A model generated the notes under the pieces. It did no database searches. It was not told the DNA's origin and was given only the letters and a program-made list of their open reading frames with translations. Position numbers and translations under genes: made by a program. Below are positions 28,601 through 35,955 of a stretch of DNA of 57,633 nucleotides, in pieces. The stretch is from contig JACRGP010000085.1 in the NCBI GenBank assembly GCA_016217765.1, positions 1 through 57,633 on the forward strand. The letters are read 5' to 3'. Position 1 is the stretch's first letter, and each line of letters opens with the position of its first letter. The stretch is from Nitrospinota bacterium (GTDB lineage: Bacteria; Nitrospinota; Nitrospinia; Nitrospinales; JACRGP01).

Positions 28601-29570
28601 GGAGAAAAATGTCCAGGCTTTCCGTTACGGCAGGCTGTTCGCCCTCGACCCGGCGCGGGTCCTTTCGGCGGCGTATCCCGAAACCCAGACGGTGGAGGGA
28701 AAGATCGCGTCGCTTCGCAACCGTACCGGCTTCCTGGACCGGCGCCGGTTCGACCGCCTCGCGAACCGCATCCGGTTTGACGGCGATTATCAAGGAAAAT
28801 TCGCCAGGGAAATTTTCGAACTGATTAAATTTCAAAATGCCGCTTACGCCGGGCGGTTCGTGGACTTCGTCGCGAAGGTCCATGACTTCGAAAAAGCCAA
28901 CTTCCCGCTGGACCGGTTCCGCTTCACGAAAACCGTCGCCGACAACCTGTTCGACCTGATGGCCTACAAGGACGAGTACCGCGTGGCCGACCTGTTGACC
29001 CGGCCCGAGGAAATCGAAAAAATCGCCGGACAATACGCGAAGGGGGAGATCGTTAAAATCCGCTTCCTGTTGCGTCCGCCCATCCTGGAACTCATCCCCT
29101 GGGTGAAAGACCTGGGTTTCGTGAAGGCCCGGTTTGAAAGGGACGAAAAATGGGAATTCCCGCGATGGACGCTGGAGGTCTTGAAGCGTTGCAAAATATT
29201 GCGGGGGACCCCGTTAGACCCCTTCGCCTGGGGCAACGCGGTCAGGAAGCTGGAGCGCCAGGCCATCGCCGAATACCGGCGGAGGATCGACGGCCTCCTG
29301 CCCCTGCCGAACGAAAGCGTCTATCCCGAAGCCTGCGAAGCCGCATCCTATCCCAGCCTCGCTACGGGGTACGACAAGGTGAAAATGGGCCATACGAAAA
29401 AAGCGGAGGATTTCTGGCGGGAAAAAATCGGCGAGGTTTACCAAACCGTCCGGGAACCTTCCCGGCAAACGTCCATGCAACTGGAAGAAAGCAACGCTTC
29501 CCAGGAAAACGCCGTCGGTCTCGCTGAATGGCCCGGAAGAAACCGTCAGGAGGCGGGAAAGCGGCGATGA
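25686..29570 (+). CDS. Indolepyruvate/2-oxoacid:ferredoxin oxidoreductase, fused alpha-beta form
   Basis: 1294 aa. N-terminal 'LTGIQALVRLPFD'. Ferredoxin clusters 'CEDCGDCGLEAKC' and 'CAKGECPS'. C-terminal pyruvate:ferredoxin oxidoreductase gamma-like half. Confidence 0.85.
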   Translation: MGNIPRHPDSQTWRAQAPVSAKGPHSILDEERYLNVEGNIHLTGIQALVRLPFDNLRLLKKIHPDKKFAYFISGYEGSPLGGLDINLRKIYRLLKEWRILHVPGGNEEAGANMVWGSQLHRLFGPAKVDGVIGAWYGKGPGVRRIADVEDHMQMAGLDKLCAAYFMSGDDHAGKSSTTPHQTDLVHYANHVPTAYPGNVREILEIGKRATLVSLISGLGVNLKVETCVCDGSQEFVLDPEEDGELAERFRKFAARHADYKRYFSPILLKPHLLANEEELFYSKLPMVREISREFGFDVWDNRRLKSDFGVVATGKSYYDLLGALKELGVSADEIEIYKPMITWPPDADSFREFAHDKKEIVVIEEKQAFFETHVKQELFNDARRPSIVGKTGENGETLFRQNANLDADIIARVLGRRLLRHDRFKNRGIDRVLRELEETAESPAPIGVKRPPAYCSGCQHRTALEISGSRDGEEAVESVTAETRDLDGNPVSMEITPRHVMGIGIGCSTMSIIDSLSSNRAVAVGPMESEGLLWMGASAFSYRMHAHQGCGDGTYFHSARLNISFIRDAIEHLKVHYGIEDTSQTLLYVDNSVVAMTGGQRPIGQDDPETAIATIKQEGIECVALVAEFPEEFKHLQKKYGVRVYPKSDTLKVKEEFSQKPGLSVIWYVQKCGIEKSRERRANPELAPKTRVHVNAEVCEDCGDCGLEAKCASVWKTDTEFGPKVRVHQYSCIQDFACAKGECPSYVRVHTRSGSPLIKPDIERIAIGDGELADPERRIDPEKIFEIYSVGIGGWGLMTAYEILARAATSEGLNVVKEDDTGLSQKGGEVRNNIKISWPGKNLNEGFSIEAGGADLYIASDLIGAVNPENLRAASRRKTRAIVNTAKIPTMPMIVGKAVYPDPERLKEIVDSHTGGENNIYVDATDIVESLFKDFKPTNLFLLGIAFQTAANFPIQRARSVEDAIRINDVEAEKNVQAFRYGRLFALDPARVLSAAYPETQTVEGKIASLRNRTGFLDRRRFDRLANRIRFDGDYQGKFAREIFELIKFQNAAYAGRFVDFVAKVHDFEKANFPLDRFRFTKTVADNLFDLMAYKDEYRVADLLTRPEEIEKIAGQYAKGEIVKIRFLLRPPILELIPWVKDLGFVKARFERDEKWEFPRWTLEVLKRCKILRGTPLDPFAWGNAVRKLERQAIAEYRRRIDGLLPLPNESVYPEACEAASYPSLATGYDKVKMGHTKKAEDFWREKIGEVYQTVREPSRQTSMQLEESNASQENAVGLAEWPGRNRQEAGKRR

Positions 29571-29611
29571 TTGTTTCCCCAAGACCCTTCGGGAGAGAAA
29601 CGGCCCAGCCG

Positions 29612-29764
29612 TTACAGGGTCTGGATCCCGAAGAGCTTCAAAAAGGAAACCGCCGCCCAGATACCGATGCTGGCGAAAAAACCCAGGGCCACCGCCAGCA
29701 GGATAAAAATAAGCGCCAATTTAGCCAGGCCAATGATGCCTTTTGGATACTGATCGTTCGCCAT
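29612..29764 (-). CDS. Small hydrophobic protein (50 aa), not in the ORF track
   Basis: My translation: 'MANDQYPKGIIGLAKLALIFILLAVALGFFASIGIWAAVSFLKLFGIQTL'. This gives two predicted membrane helices. No homology evidence. Confidence 0.3.
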   Translation of the reverse strand: MANDQYPKGIIGLAKLALIFILLAVALGFFASIGIWAAVSFLKLFGIQTL

Positions 29765-29852
29765 CGTTTTTCCCAAGAAACTTTTCGGATTGTTGTTCGA
29801 CCGATTCGGCGGTCATTCTACTCCATTTTCAATAAAAAAACCGGCCCTAATT

Positions 29853-30308
29853 TCATGACCGCCCCGACCCCGGCTCTTCGAACCTCAGAAGGTGCGAGGG
29901 GCAACCTTCCCGGCAATCCCCATTTCCGAAATGGGGGATGGGGACCCAGGCCGGAGCGCGGCGCAGGCAAACGCGGACGATCTCGCATTCCAATCCGGGT
30001 TTGTCCGGGATGACAATAATGTCCTGGACCTCCGCTTCCCTCCGGTTCGTCAGCCTGTCGATGTGCCAGCGGACCGGTTTGTTCCGCCGGAGATGGCGGG
30101 CAAGGCGGCTGGGCAATCCCCGGGCGGCCCTCCCCGCGTAGAGATAGAGCCCGGGCCCGAAAACCAACAACCCATGCGACCCGGTACGCGCGCGAATTCT
30201 TTTTTCGACGCGCAGGACCAGGGCATACGCCCCCGAAGCGGGCGCCCGCTCTCCCGGTTGCAGGAAAATACCTCCCAGGGAATCGGCCAGAGTCTGGATT
30301 TCGAACAT
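29853..30308 (-). CDS. DUF123 / GIY-YIG superfamily nuclease-like protein
   Basis: 'GAYALVL', 'GLYLYAGRA', 'RLARHLRRNKPVRWHIDRL' and a C-terminal Cys-rich 'GFGNGDCREGCPSHL' match the DUF123 pattern as I recall it. Confidence 0.65.
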   Translation of the reverse strand: MFEIQTLADSLGGIFLQPGERAPASGAYALVLRVEKRIRARTGSHGLLVFGPGLYLYAGRAARGLPSRLARHLRRNKPVRWHIDRLTNRREAEVQDIIVIPDKPGLECEIVRVCLRRAPAWVPIPHFGNGDCREGCPSHLLRFEEPGSGRS

Positions 30309-30377
30309 GCTATCGGTCCGCCAGTTGAAGAAAAAACCGGTTGTGTGCGATCATAATACGGTTTTCTCAATTTATTT

Positions 30378-31472
30378 ATGATTTCCTCGCGATCCACAAC
30401 GTCTCTCGTCCGCTCCGCTCTCGCGTCCGCATGCCTGATTCTCGCGCTCGTCATGCCGGGGATTTCGCGCGCCCAATCCGCCGGGGAATGGTACCAACAG
30501 GCGTTTGAGTTTTCCCTGAAGGGAGATGCGGACAAAGCCATCGAGGCTTACCGCCGCGCCATCGAGCTTCAACCGGACTGGGCCGAGGCCCACCACGGAC
30601 TGGCAACGCTCTATTTCGAGGCCAAATCGGGAGTCCAGGCCATCGCGCATCTCCGGAAGGCGGAGGCGCTTTACGGACGGCGCGCCGACGACAAGGCAAA
30701 AAAGAATCTCGCCATCGCGCGCAAGAACCTCGACAAGGCCTATCGTCTTCTGAATCTCGGGCCGGAGGATTTTGATGCGCTGACCCCATCCCCCCCCGAG
30801 ATCCAATGGCAAGCTACGGGGACGGGGTTCTTGATCGGCCCGGCGGGTTACCTCCTGACCTCCCTCCATGCGGTGAAGGATGCGGACCGGATCCGGGTCA
30901 GATTTCCGCGGGACAAAGTTGTCTCCGCGGAGATCGTCCGCTCGTTCGTGGTTTACGACGCCGCCCTCTTGAAACTGAAAGACGCTTCCGCCGTCCCGCC
31001 GCGCGTTTTATCGTTCGGGGATTCCTCCCGTCTGCGCCCGGGCGACCCCGTGTACGCGGTCGACCCCGCCCGGTCCGGAACGCCTCCCTACCGGGGGTCG
31101 CTCCAAACGGTCAACGCCGTCGAGGACAACGACTCCATTTTCGCCATCGTTCTCCCCTGGGAACGCGACCCGGGCGGCGCGCCGGTTTTCAACGAATCGG
31201 GAGAAGTCGTCGGCATGGCGTTTTCCAAGGCCTTCATGGAAAAAAACTTCTCCGCCCTGGAAGCGGAGAAGGCGGGGACCGATTTCGCCCTCAAGGCTTC
31301 CTATCTAGCGGGGGTTTTGCCGGAAATTTCCGGTCCGGACCGGAAAACGCGGAAACCCGGGGAAGAACCGCGGCCGGCGGACCCGGCAAAAAATACCGGA
31401 ACGTTTTTAGAGGACGCCTGGCAAAATCTGGTTTCCATCGAAACCCTGCCTAAAGAAGGCCCCGGGAAATGA
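30378..31472 (+). CDS. Secreted TPR plus trypsin-like (S1) serine protease
   Basis: Signal peptide. TPR region 'AIEAYRRAIELQPDWAEAHHGLATLY'. Protease motifs 'GTGFLIGPAGYLLTSLHAV', 'YDAALLKL' and 'PGGAPVFNESGEVVGM'; I could not place the nucleophile Ser unambiguously. Confidence 0.65.
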   Translation: MISSRSTTSLVRSALASACLILALVMPGISRAQSAGEWYQQAFEFSLKGDADKAIEAYRRAIELQPDWAEAHHGLATLYFEAKSGVQAIAHLRKAEALYGRRADDKAKKNLAIARKNLDKAYRLLNLGPEDFDALTPSPPEIQWQATGTGFLIGPAGYLLTSLHAVKDADRIRVRFPRDKVVSAEIVRSFVVYDAALLKLKDASAVPPRVLSFGDSSRLRPGDPVYAVDPARSGTPPYRGSLQTVNAVEDNDSIFAIVLPWERDPGGAPVFNESGEVVGMAFSKAFMEKNFSALEAEKAGTDFALKASYLAGVLPEISGPDRKTRKPGEEPRPADPAKNTGTFLEDAWQNLVSIETLPKEGPGK

Positions 31473-32158
31473 ACTCCCACGCCGGCAAAACGGAACGGAG
31501 TATCTCTCGCCGGACAAGGCCGACGCGCTTATTCAGGACAATCTCGTTCGTTTTATTTCTGGCCTTGACCGCCGGAGAAGCGGCGGGAGGCGAAATTGTT
31601 TTACAACTTTCGGGAAACGCGGAATTCCCCGGCTGGATGACCTTACGCGCGGAAGCGGAGGCCATCGACCGCATCTGTTTCCTGGGGAAAAACGCCAAGG
31701 GGAATATTGACGAAAACTTTCTGGACGCCCTCTCTCGGTCCGGAATCCCCGAGGGCGAATACGCGATTTCCGGGCCTCTGGAGGACGAGCGCTGGCCGTC
31801 CAGGACCTTCCAGAAGAACGGCGTCCTGCGCCTGAAGGCGGCCAGCGGGGAGACTATTGCCCATTTGGGCCGCATGAAGGTTTTGGGGCTGGCGATCCAT
31901 GGCCGGGACTTCTACCCCTTGCTGGAAAACCGGGTCAAGGACCCGAAAATGATCGCGTTCTACAACGACGACCTGTTCGAGCGATTGCGGACGCATTGGG
32001 GACCGCTCCGCATTTCCAACTGGGACATGGGCCGCCTGTTCGACTTCTGGGCCAGGTTCTCCGGTCCCTCGCAATGGGAAGTACGGGTACAAAGCGGCGG
32101 CGCCGAGGAAACCGTCAAAAAGTGCAAACCCGCCGCGACCCAACGTCCCGCGGATTGA
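31469..32158 (+). CDS. Secreted hypothetical protein
   Basis: ATGA overlap with the upstream stop. N-terminal hydrophobic segment 'ISFVLFLALTAGEAAG'. No secure family assignment. Confidence 0.55.
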   Translation: MNSHAGKTERSISRRTRPTRLFRTISFVLFLALTAGEAAGGEIVLQLSGNAEFPGWMTLRAEAEAIDRICFLGKNAKGNIDENFLDALSRSGIPEGEYAISGPLEDERWPSRTFQKNGVLRLKAASGETIAHLGRMKVLGLAIHGRDFYPLLENRVKDPKMIAFYNDDLFERLRTHWGPLRISNWDMGRLFDFWARFSGPSQWEVRVQSGGAEETVKKCKPAATQRPAD

Positions 32159-32177
32159 CCGGCGTCAAGAGCGCCTT

Positions 32178-32385
32178 GCCTTTATCCCCCCTTGCAAAGG
32201 GGGATAGGGGGATTTGAAACTCCTGTTCGCGCCAGCGAGTCGCTGGCCCCAACAGGCTTGACTCGGATGGCGGGCGATGATCGTCGAGGGCAATCCGGGC
32301 AGAGCCATGCCGCCCCTACGGCGAGTAGCGCAAATCCCCCCGGCCCCCTTTACAAGGGGGGAGCAATTCCAGTTTTTTCGTCGTA
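32178..32385. repeat. Cluster of three REP-like modules
   Basis: It contains the 'ccccccttgcaaaggggg' module (as at 2345) and a ~95-nt module that is the reverse complement of the extra insert in MITE copy C (55540-55625). It also contains the 'aatccccccggccccctttacaagggggg' module (as at 14270). Confidence 0.7.
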
Positions 32386-32425
32386 CAATATCCGCTCTAG
32401 AGGCGCGGACGCTCTTAGAAGAAAT

Positions 32426-33421
32426 TCAAGCGTACAATCGGGCGACCTGTTCCGCGTAGCCGTTGTAGAGCCGGGTCGGGCGCATTTCCTCCTGGCCGAG
32501 CGGCCTCTCGAATCTCTGGTCCCACCGGGCGTAAGGGACATTGGGGTCCACATTCGCCGGGAAATCGTATTCCAGCGGGGAAACGCTCTGCCAGAACGTA
32601 TCCGGCGGTTCGCGGGCGAACTCGATGGCCGCGATGGACTTCAGGCTCTTGAAGCCATACTTCCACGGGACCGCCAGGCGGATGGGGGCTCCGTTCTGCG
32701 GGGTCAGGGGGTGGCCGTACATGCCGGTGGCCACGAAGGCGAGTTCGTGCATGGCCTCTTCCATGCTCAACCCCTCGGTATAAGGCCAGGGTTCCCAGAA
32801 CCGTTCCTTTTGGCCGGGGGCGAGGTTGGGATCGAGGAACGTGGCGAATTTAACGTACCGCGCGGAGGACAGGGGCTCCAGAATGCGGACCAACTCTTTC
32901 AACGGAAACCCGGTCCACGGTATGACGGCCGACCAGGTCTCGACGCAACGCAAACGGTAGATCCGGTCTTCCAGGGGCATCTTCCGCAACAAGTCTCCGA
33001 CGTCCAACGTCCGCGGTTTTTGCGTCAGCCCGGAAACCTTGACGGTCCACCCATCCGCGCGCAGACCTTTGGCGAGACGCCATATTTCGGCTTTATCGTC
33101 CCCGAACTCATAGAAATTGTTGTAACGCGTAATCAACCGGTCGGGGGTCACGGCCTCGCCGGAAGGCGGAAGTAGCTTGGCGGAGCCGCGCTTCTTTTTT
33201 GCCGGGGTTTTGGCCCCGCGCGGGGTTTCCGCCCAGGCTCGCGGCAGACCGAACATCCCGGAAGTCAAATACAGCCCCGCGACGGTCATTCCCGTCTCGC
33301 CCAGTTTCCGAAGAAACTTCCGTCGGTTCAGGTAAACCTCTTCCGGAACGGCTTCGCTCTCGCGAATGTCCCAAGACCGAGGAATCTTTATGCCGGACAT
33401 CGTCCGTCCCTTTCCAAGCAA
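32426..33421 (-). CDS. msrP: Protein-methionine-sulfoxide reductase catalytic (molybdopterin) subunit
   Basis: Tat-type leader 'RRKFLRKLGETGMTVAG'. Hallmark 'ITRYNNFYEFG'. The length and the 'RLAVPWKYGFKS' region are typical of MsrP/YedY. Confidence 0.85.
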   Translation of the reverse strand: MLGKGRTMSGIKIPRSWDIRESEAVPEEVYLNRRKFLRKLGETGMTVAGLYLTSGMFGLPRAWAETPRGAKTPAKKKRGSAKLLPPSGEAVTPDRLITRYNNFYEFGDDKAEIWRLAKGLRADGWTVKVSGLTQKPRTLDVGDLLRKMPLEDRIYRLRCVETWSAVIPWTGFPLKELVRILEPLSSARYVKFATFLDPNLAPGQKERFWEPWPYTEGLSMEEAMHELAFVATGMYGHPLTPQNGAPIRLAVPWKYGFKSLKSIAAIEFAREPPDTFWQSVSPLEYDFPANVDPNVPYARWDQRFERPLGQEEMRPTRLYNGYAEQVARLYA

Positions 33422-33439
33422 AGGGCGCCCGTACCCGCC

Positions 33440-34183
33440 CTACTTACCCGCTCCCTCTTTCGCGGAGATCGCGCAACGGAAACCCAGGGAGTTCAACCGC
33501 GCCGTAGGATCCAGATGGAAGCGCATACCCGCGTTAATATAGTATTCCGCATTATACCAGCTCCCGCCGCGCAGGACTCTTTCGCTCCCGGACGCCGGTC
33601 CCGAGGGATTCTCGGACGGGCCCTTGGGATAAGGAGCGAACCAATCGCCGACCCATTCCCAGACATTGCCGCTCATGTTATAAATCCCGAAACCGTTGGG
33701 CTCATGTGCGTCCACGGGGACGGCTCCCTCCGCGAACGGCTCTCCGAAACGGGCTTTCGTCTTGTCGGGTTGACGGCCAAAAGAGTAGTCGTTGCCTTCG
33801 GGCCCGCGGGCGGCCCTTTCCCATTCCGCCTCGGTGGGCAGGCGCGCGCCCCGGCTTTTGCAATAAGCGTCCGCCTCCATCCAGTTCACCAGGGTGACGG
33901 GACACTCGTCGCAGGCCGACCGGCCGCTACGCGCGCGCGAGGGTTGAAAAGCCTCGTATTCCCTGGCGCTCGTTTCGTAACGGTCGATATAGTAAGCGTC
34001 CAGACGGACTTTGCGGACGGGCAATTCGGCCTTGGTCCCTTGCTTTGTCCCCATGAGAAATTCTCCAGCGGGTACCAGGGCCATAGGGTCCTTGTTCAAC
34101 CCAGCCGCGTCCCCAGCCTGCGCGCCGACGGCTGAAACGACCGTCATGAGGAGCGGGAGAATGCGGAGCGTTCCGTAATCCAT
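33440..34183 (-). CDS. Secreted formylglycine-generating-enzyme (SUMF1/FGE-sulfatase) family protein
   Basis: Signal peptide. 'LPTEAEWERAARG', 'GNVWEWVGDW' and 'RVLRGGSW...LGFRCA' are the classic FGE-sulfatase motifs. Confidence 0.85.
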   Translation of the reverse strand: MDYGTLRILPLLMTVVSAVGAQAGDAAGLNKDPMALVPAGEFLMGTKQGTKAELPVRKVRLDAYYIDRYETSAREYEAFQPSRARSGRSACDECPVTLVNWMEADAYCKSRGARLPTEAEWERAARGPEGNDYSFGRQPDKTKARFGEPFAEGAVPVDAHEPNGFGIYNMSGNVWEWVGDWFAPYPKGPSENPSGPASGSERVLRGGSWYNAEYYINAGMRFHLDPTARLNSLGFRCAISAKEGAGK

Positions 34184-34213
34184 GCGATTGATCCGTCAAT
34201 TTATTTTACCGGG

Positions 34214-35797
34214 TCATTCCACGACCAATGTCCGCCAGGACGCGACCGCCTTGTCGGCGTTCTTGTTCTTGCCGGAGCCGTCCCAGACGGCAAAAGCCAA
34301 AAGGAACCGGTCGCCCGCCTTAAAATCGACATCGCTTTGCCATCCGGTTTTCAGATCACGGAGGAAAACCGCCGTCCAGCGCCCGTTTTCCCAGTTGCCC
34401 CGGCCGCGGACATTCTGGTTTTCCAGGGACTGAAAGGACAGGGTCCCGAACCCGCTGGAGTTGAGTTCCTCGACCGGCGACTCGCTGAAGGGGTTCAGGC
34501 GAGGACTGGCGGGACTCTCCTCGGCGCTTGCCGCGCCCTCGCGGGGACCGGCGATTTCCTGCCCCGCGTCGGCTTTCCAATGCCAGATGTTGACGGGCTT
34601 GCCGCGCTCCCCCATCCCGAAAAAGGGCGCGTCGAAAGCGTTCCCCCGTTCCAGGGCAAACTGGATGGCCGCGGAGTCCAGGAAGCCAGGCGTTCCGTGT
34701 TTAGCCCTATCGGGCGATGGGTCCTCCCATTGCAGGCGGAACGCGATTCGATTCTCGTCATGGACCGATTGGACCGTCAGGACCGCGGGAGCGCTACGGT
34801 TCCCGGCCCGGAGGGGAGACAACGGTATGTTGACGGAGGGGATTTTGTCCCAGACGGGGTTGTCCGGACGCTCGTCAAAAAGCTCCCTGGTCCGATAAGA
34901 GGTCAACGGCGCGGCGGAATCGGACGGGGACCCTTCGCCCGGGAAACGCGATTGCAGATAATGCGCCAGCCGCCACCGCTCCGCGTTACTCAGGTAATCG
35001 TAAGCGTTCATGGGGGAACCGTCGATCCCCGCGGCCAGGGTCTGGTAAATCTCGTCGCCCGCGGAACCTCCCTTGTAGAGGGCGGGCTGGCGGATATCGT
35101 AAACGTATGCCGTCTGCCCCCAACTGTCCTCCGATTGTCCTTCAAGGAGCCCCGTCTTTTCCCCTTCCTCGCCATGACACTGGCTACACCGCAGTTGCCG
35201 GTACAGGCTCCTCCCCTTCTCGACCGACAAATCGTCGAACGGGGGTTCCAGGCCGATCTCGATTTTCAAGCCGGGGGTCTCCCGGCCAAACCGGCCGGAA
35301 AACGTTTTGACGTATTCGACGACGGAGCGGACCTGCTCGCCGGACAACGCCTGGCCCCAGGCGGGCATGGGCGAGCCGGGAATGCCGCGCTTGACGGTCC
35401 GGGCGATGTCCTCCTCCGTCGGCAGGGCGCCGGGCTGGGTGGAATGGAATTTAAAAATGCCGAGGCTCAGGTCCCGCGGCCGGGGATACAGATAACGGGA
35501 TGCCGGACCGTCGCCCTTTCCCCCCGGTCCATGACAGGGGACGCAAAAACGCTGAAAAAGCGCCTTCCCCTCGTCGAGGACTTTTTGCCGTTCCCGCGCG
35601 CTCGACGCCCGTTGCTCCTCCGGCTGGGCGGCGTCGATCATTTTTTCGATCTTGCGGGACTCGGCGGCGGAGCCGGCGCGGACCCAGACGGAGGACGCGC
35701 AGAAAACCGCCAAAACCAAAAACGGCGCCAGGCCAAAAAAACGGCGTCCCGGCGACCGCGACCGCTTTTTTTCAACCATCGGGAGACTCCTTTTCAA
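34214..35797 (-). CDS. Periplasmic dihaem cytochrome c fused to an EB_dh/DOMON-like haem-binding domain
   Basis: Signal peptide. Two CxxCH motifs ('CVPCHG', 'CSQCHG'). The C-terminal half has 'IQFALE...FFGMGERGKPVNIWHWKAD', typical of ethylbenzene-dehydrogenase gamma-type domains. Confidence 0.7.
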   Translation of the reverse strand: MKRSLPMVEKKRSRSPGRRFFGLAPFLVLAVFCASSVWVRAGSAAESRKIEKMIDAAQPEEQRASSARERQKVLDEGKALFQRFCVPCHGPGGKGDGPASRYLYPRPRDLSLGIFKFHSTQPGALPTEEDIARTVKRGIPGSPMPAWGQALSGEQVRSVVEYVKTFSGRFGRETPGLKIEIGLEPPFDDLSVEKGRSLYRQLRCSQCHGEEGEKTGLLEGQSEDSWGQTAYVYDIRQPALYKGGSAGDEIYQTLAAGIDGSPMNAYDYLSNAERWRLAHYLQSRFPGEGSPSDSAAPLTSYRTRELFDERPDNPVWDKIPSVNIPLSPLRAGNRSAPAVLTVQSVHDENRIAFRLQWEDPSPDRAKHGTPGFLDSAAIQFALERGNAFDAPFFGMGERGKPVNIWHWKADAGQEIAGPREGAASAEESPASPRLNPFSESPVEELNSSGFGTLSFQSLENQNVRGRGNWENGRWTAVFLRDLKTGWQSDVDFKAGDRFLLAFAVWDGSGKNKNADKAVASWRTLVVE

Positions 35798-35955
35798 ACT
35801 CGAGTCCGGGAAGACGCAAGCGTTTTCCCGGCGCTCTTATTTTGTAACATAACCGCGGGTCGTGGAGAAAAATTTTGCATGGGCGGGTTCCTGTTCCGGC
35901 GTTTTTCCGTCCATGTTATTCTAAACGGGTCGAACTTGCGCGAGGAGAAGCCGTC

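Noticed and set aside
29528-30013. ORFs overlapping the 3' end of the oxidoreductase gene and the DUF123 gene (29528-30013, 29571-29753, 29892-30356).
   Set aside because: They are frame-shifted overlaps with better-supported genes and have basic, low-complexity composition. Only the 50-aa hydrophobic minus-strand ORF at 29612-29764 was kept, at low confidence.
31469-32158. Degenerate L,D-transpeptidase (YkuD) assignment based on 'AIHG' and 'THWGPLRISNWDMGRLFDF' resembling 'HG...SHGCIRLSNEDA', with Cys replaced by Pro.
   Set aside because: The spacing between the two motifs is much longer than in YkuD domains as I recall them, and the similarity is short. I left the gene as a hypothetical secreted protein.
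33440-34183. Diversity-generating retroelement (DGR) hypothesis. DUF1566 and FGE-sulfatase domains are classic DGR targets. The FGE gene's C-terminal 'SWYNAEYYINAG' uses unusually AT-rich codons (tat aat ... tat att aac).
   Set aside because: No reverse transcriptase ORF is present. I found no template-repeat copy of any C-terminal region by eye. The DUF1566 paralogs are diverged throughout rather than only at adenine-templated positions. A DGR located outside the window cannot be excluded.
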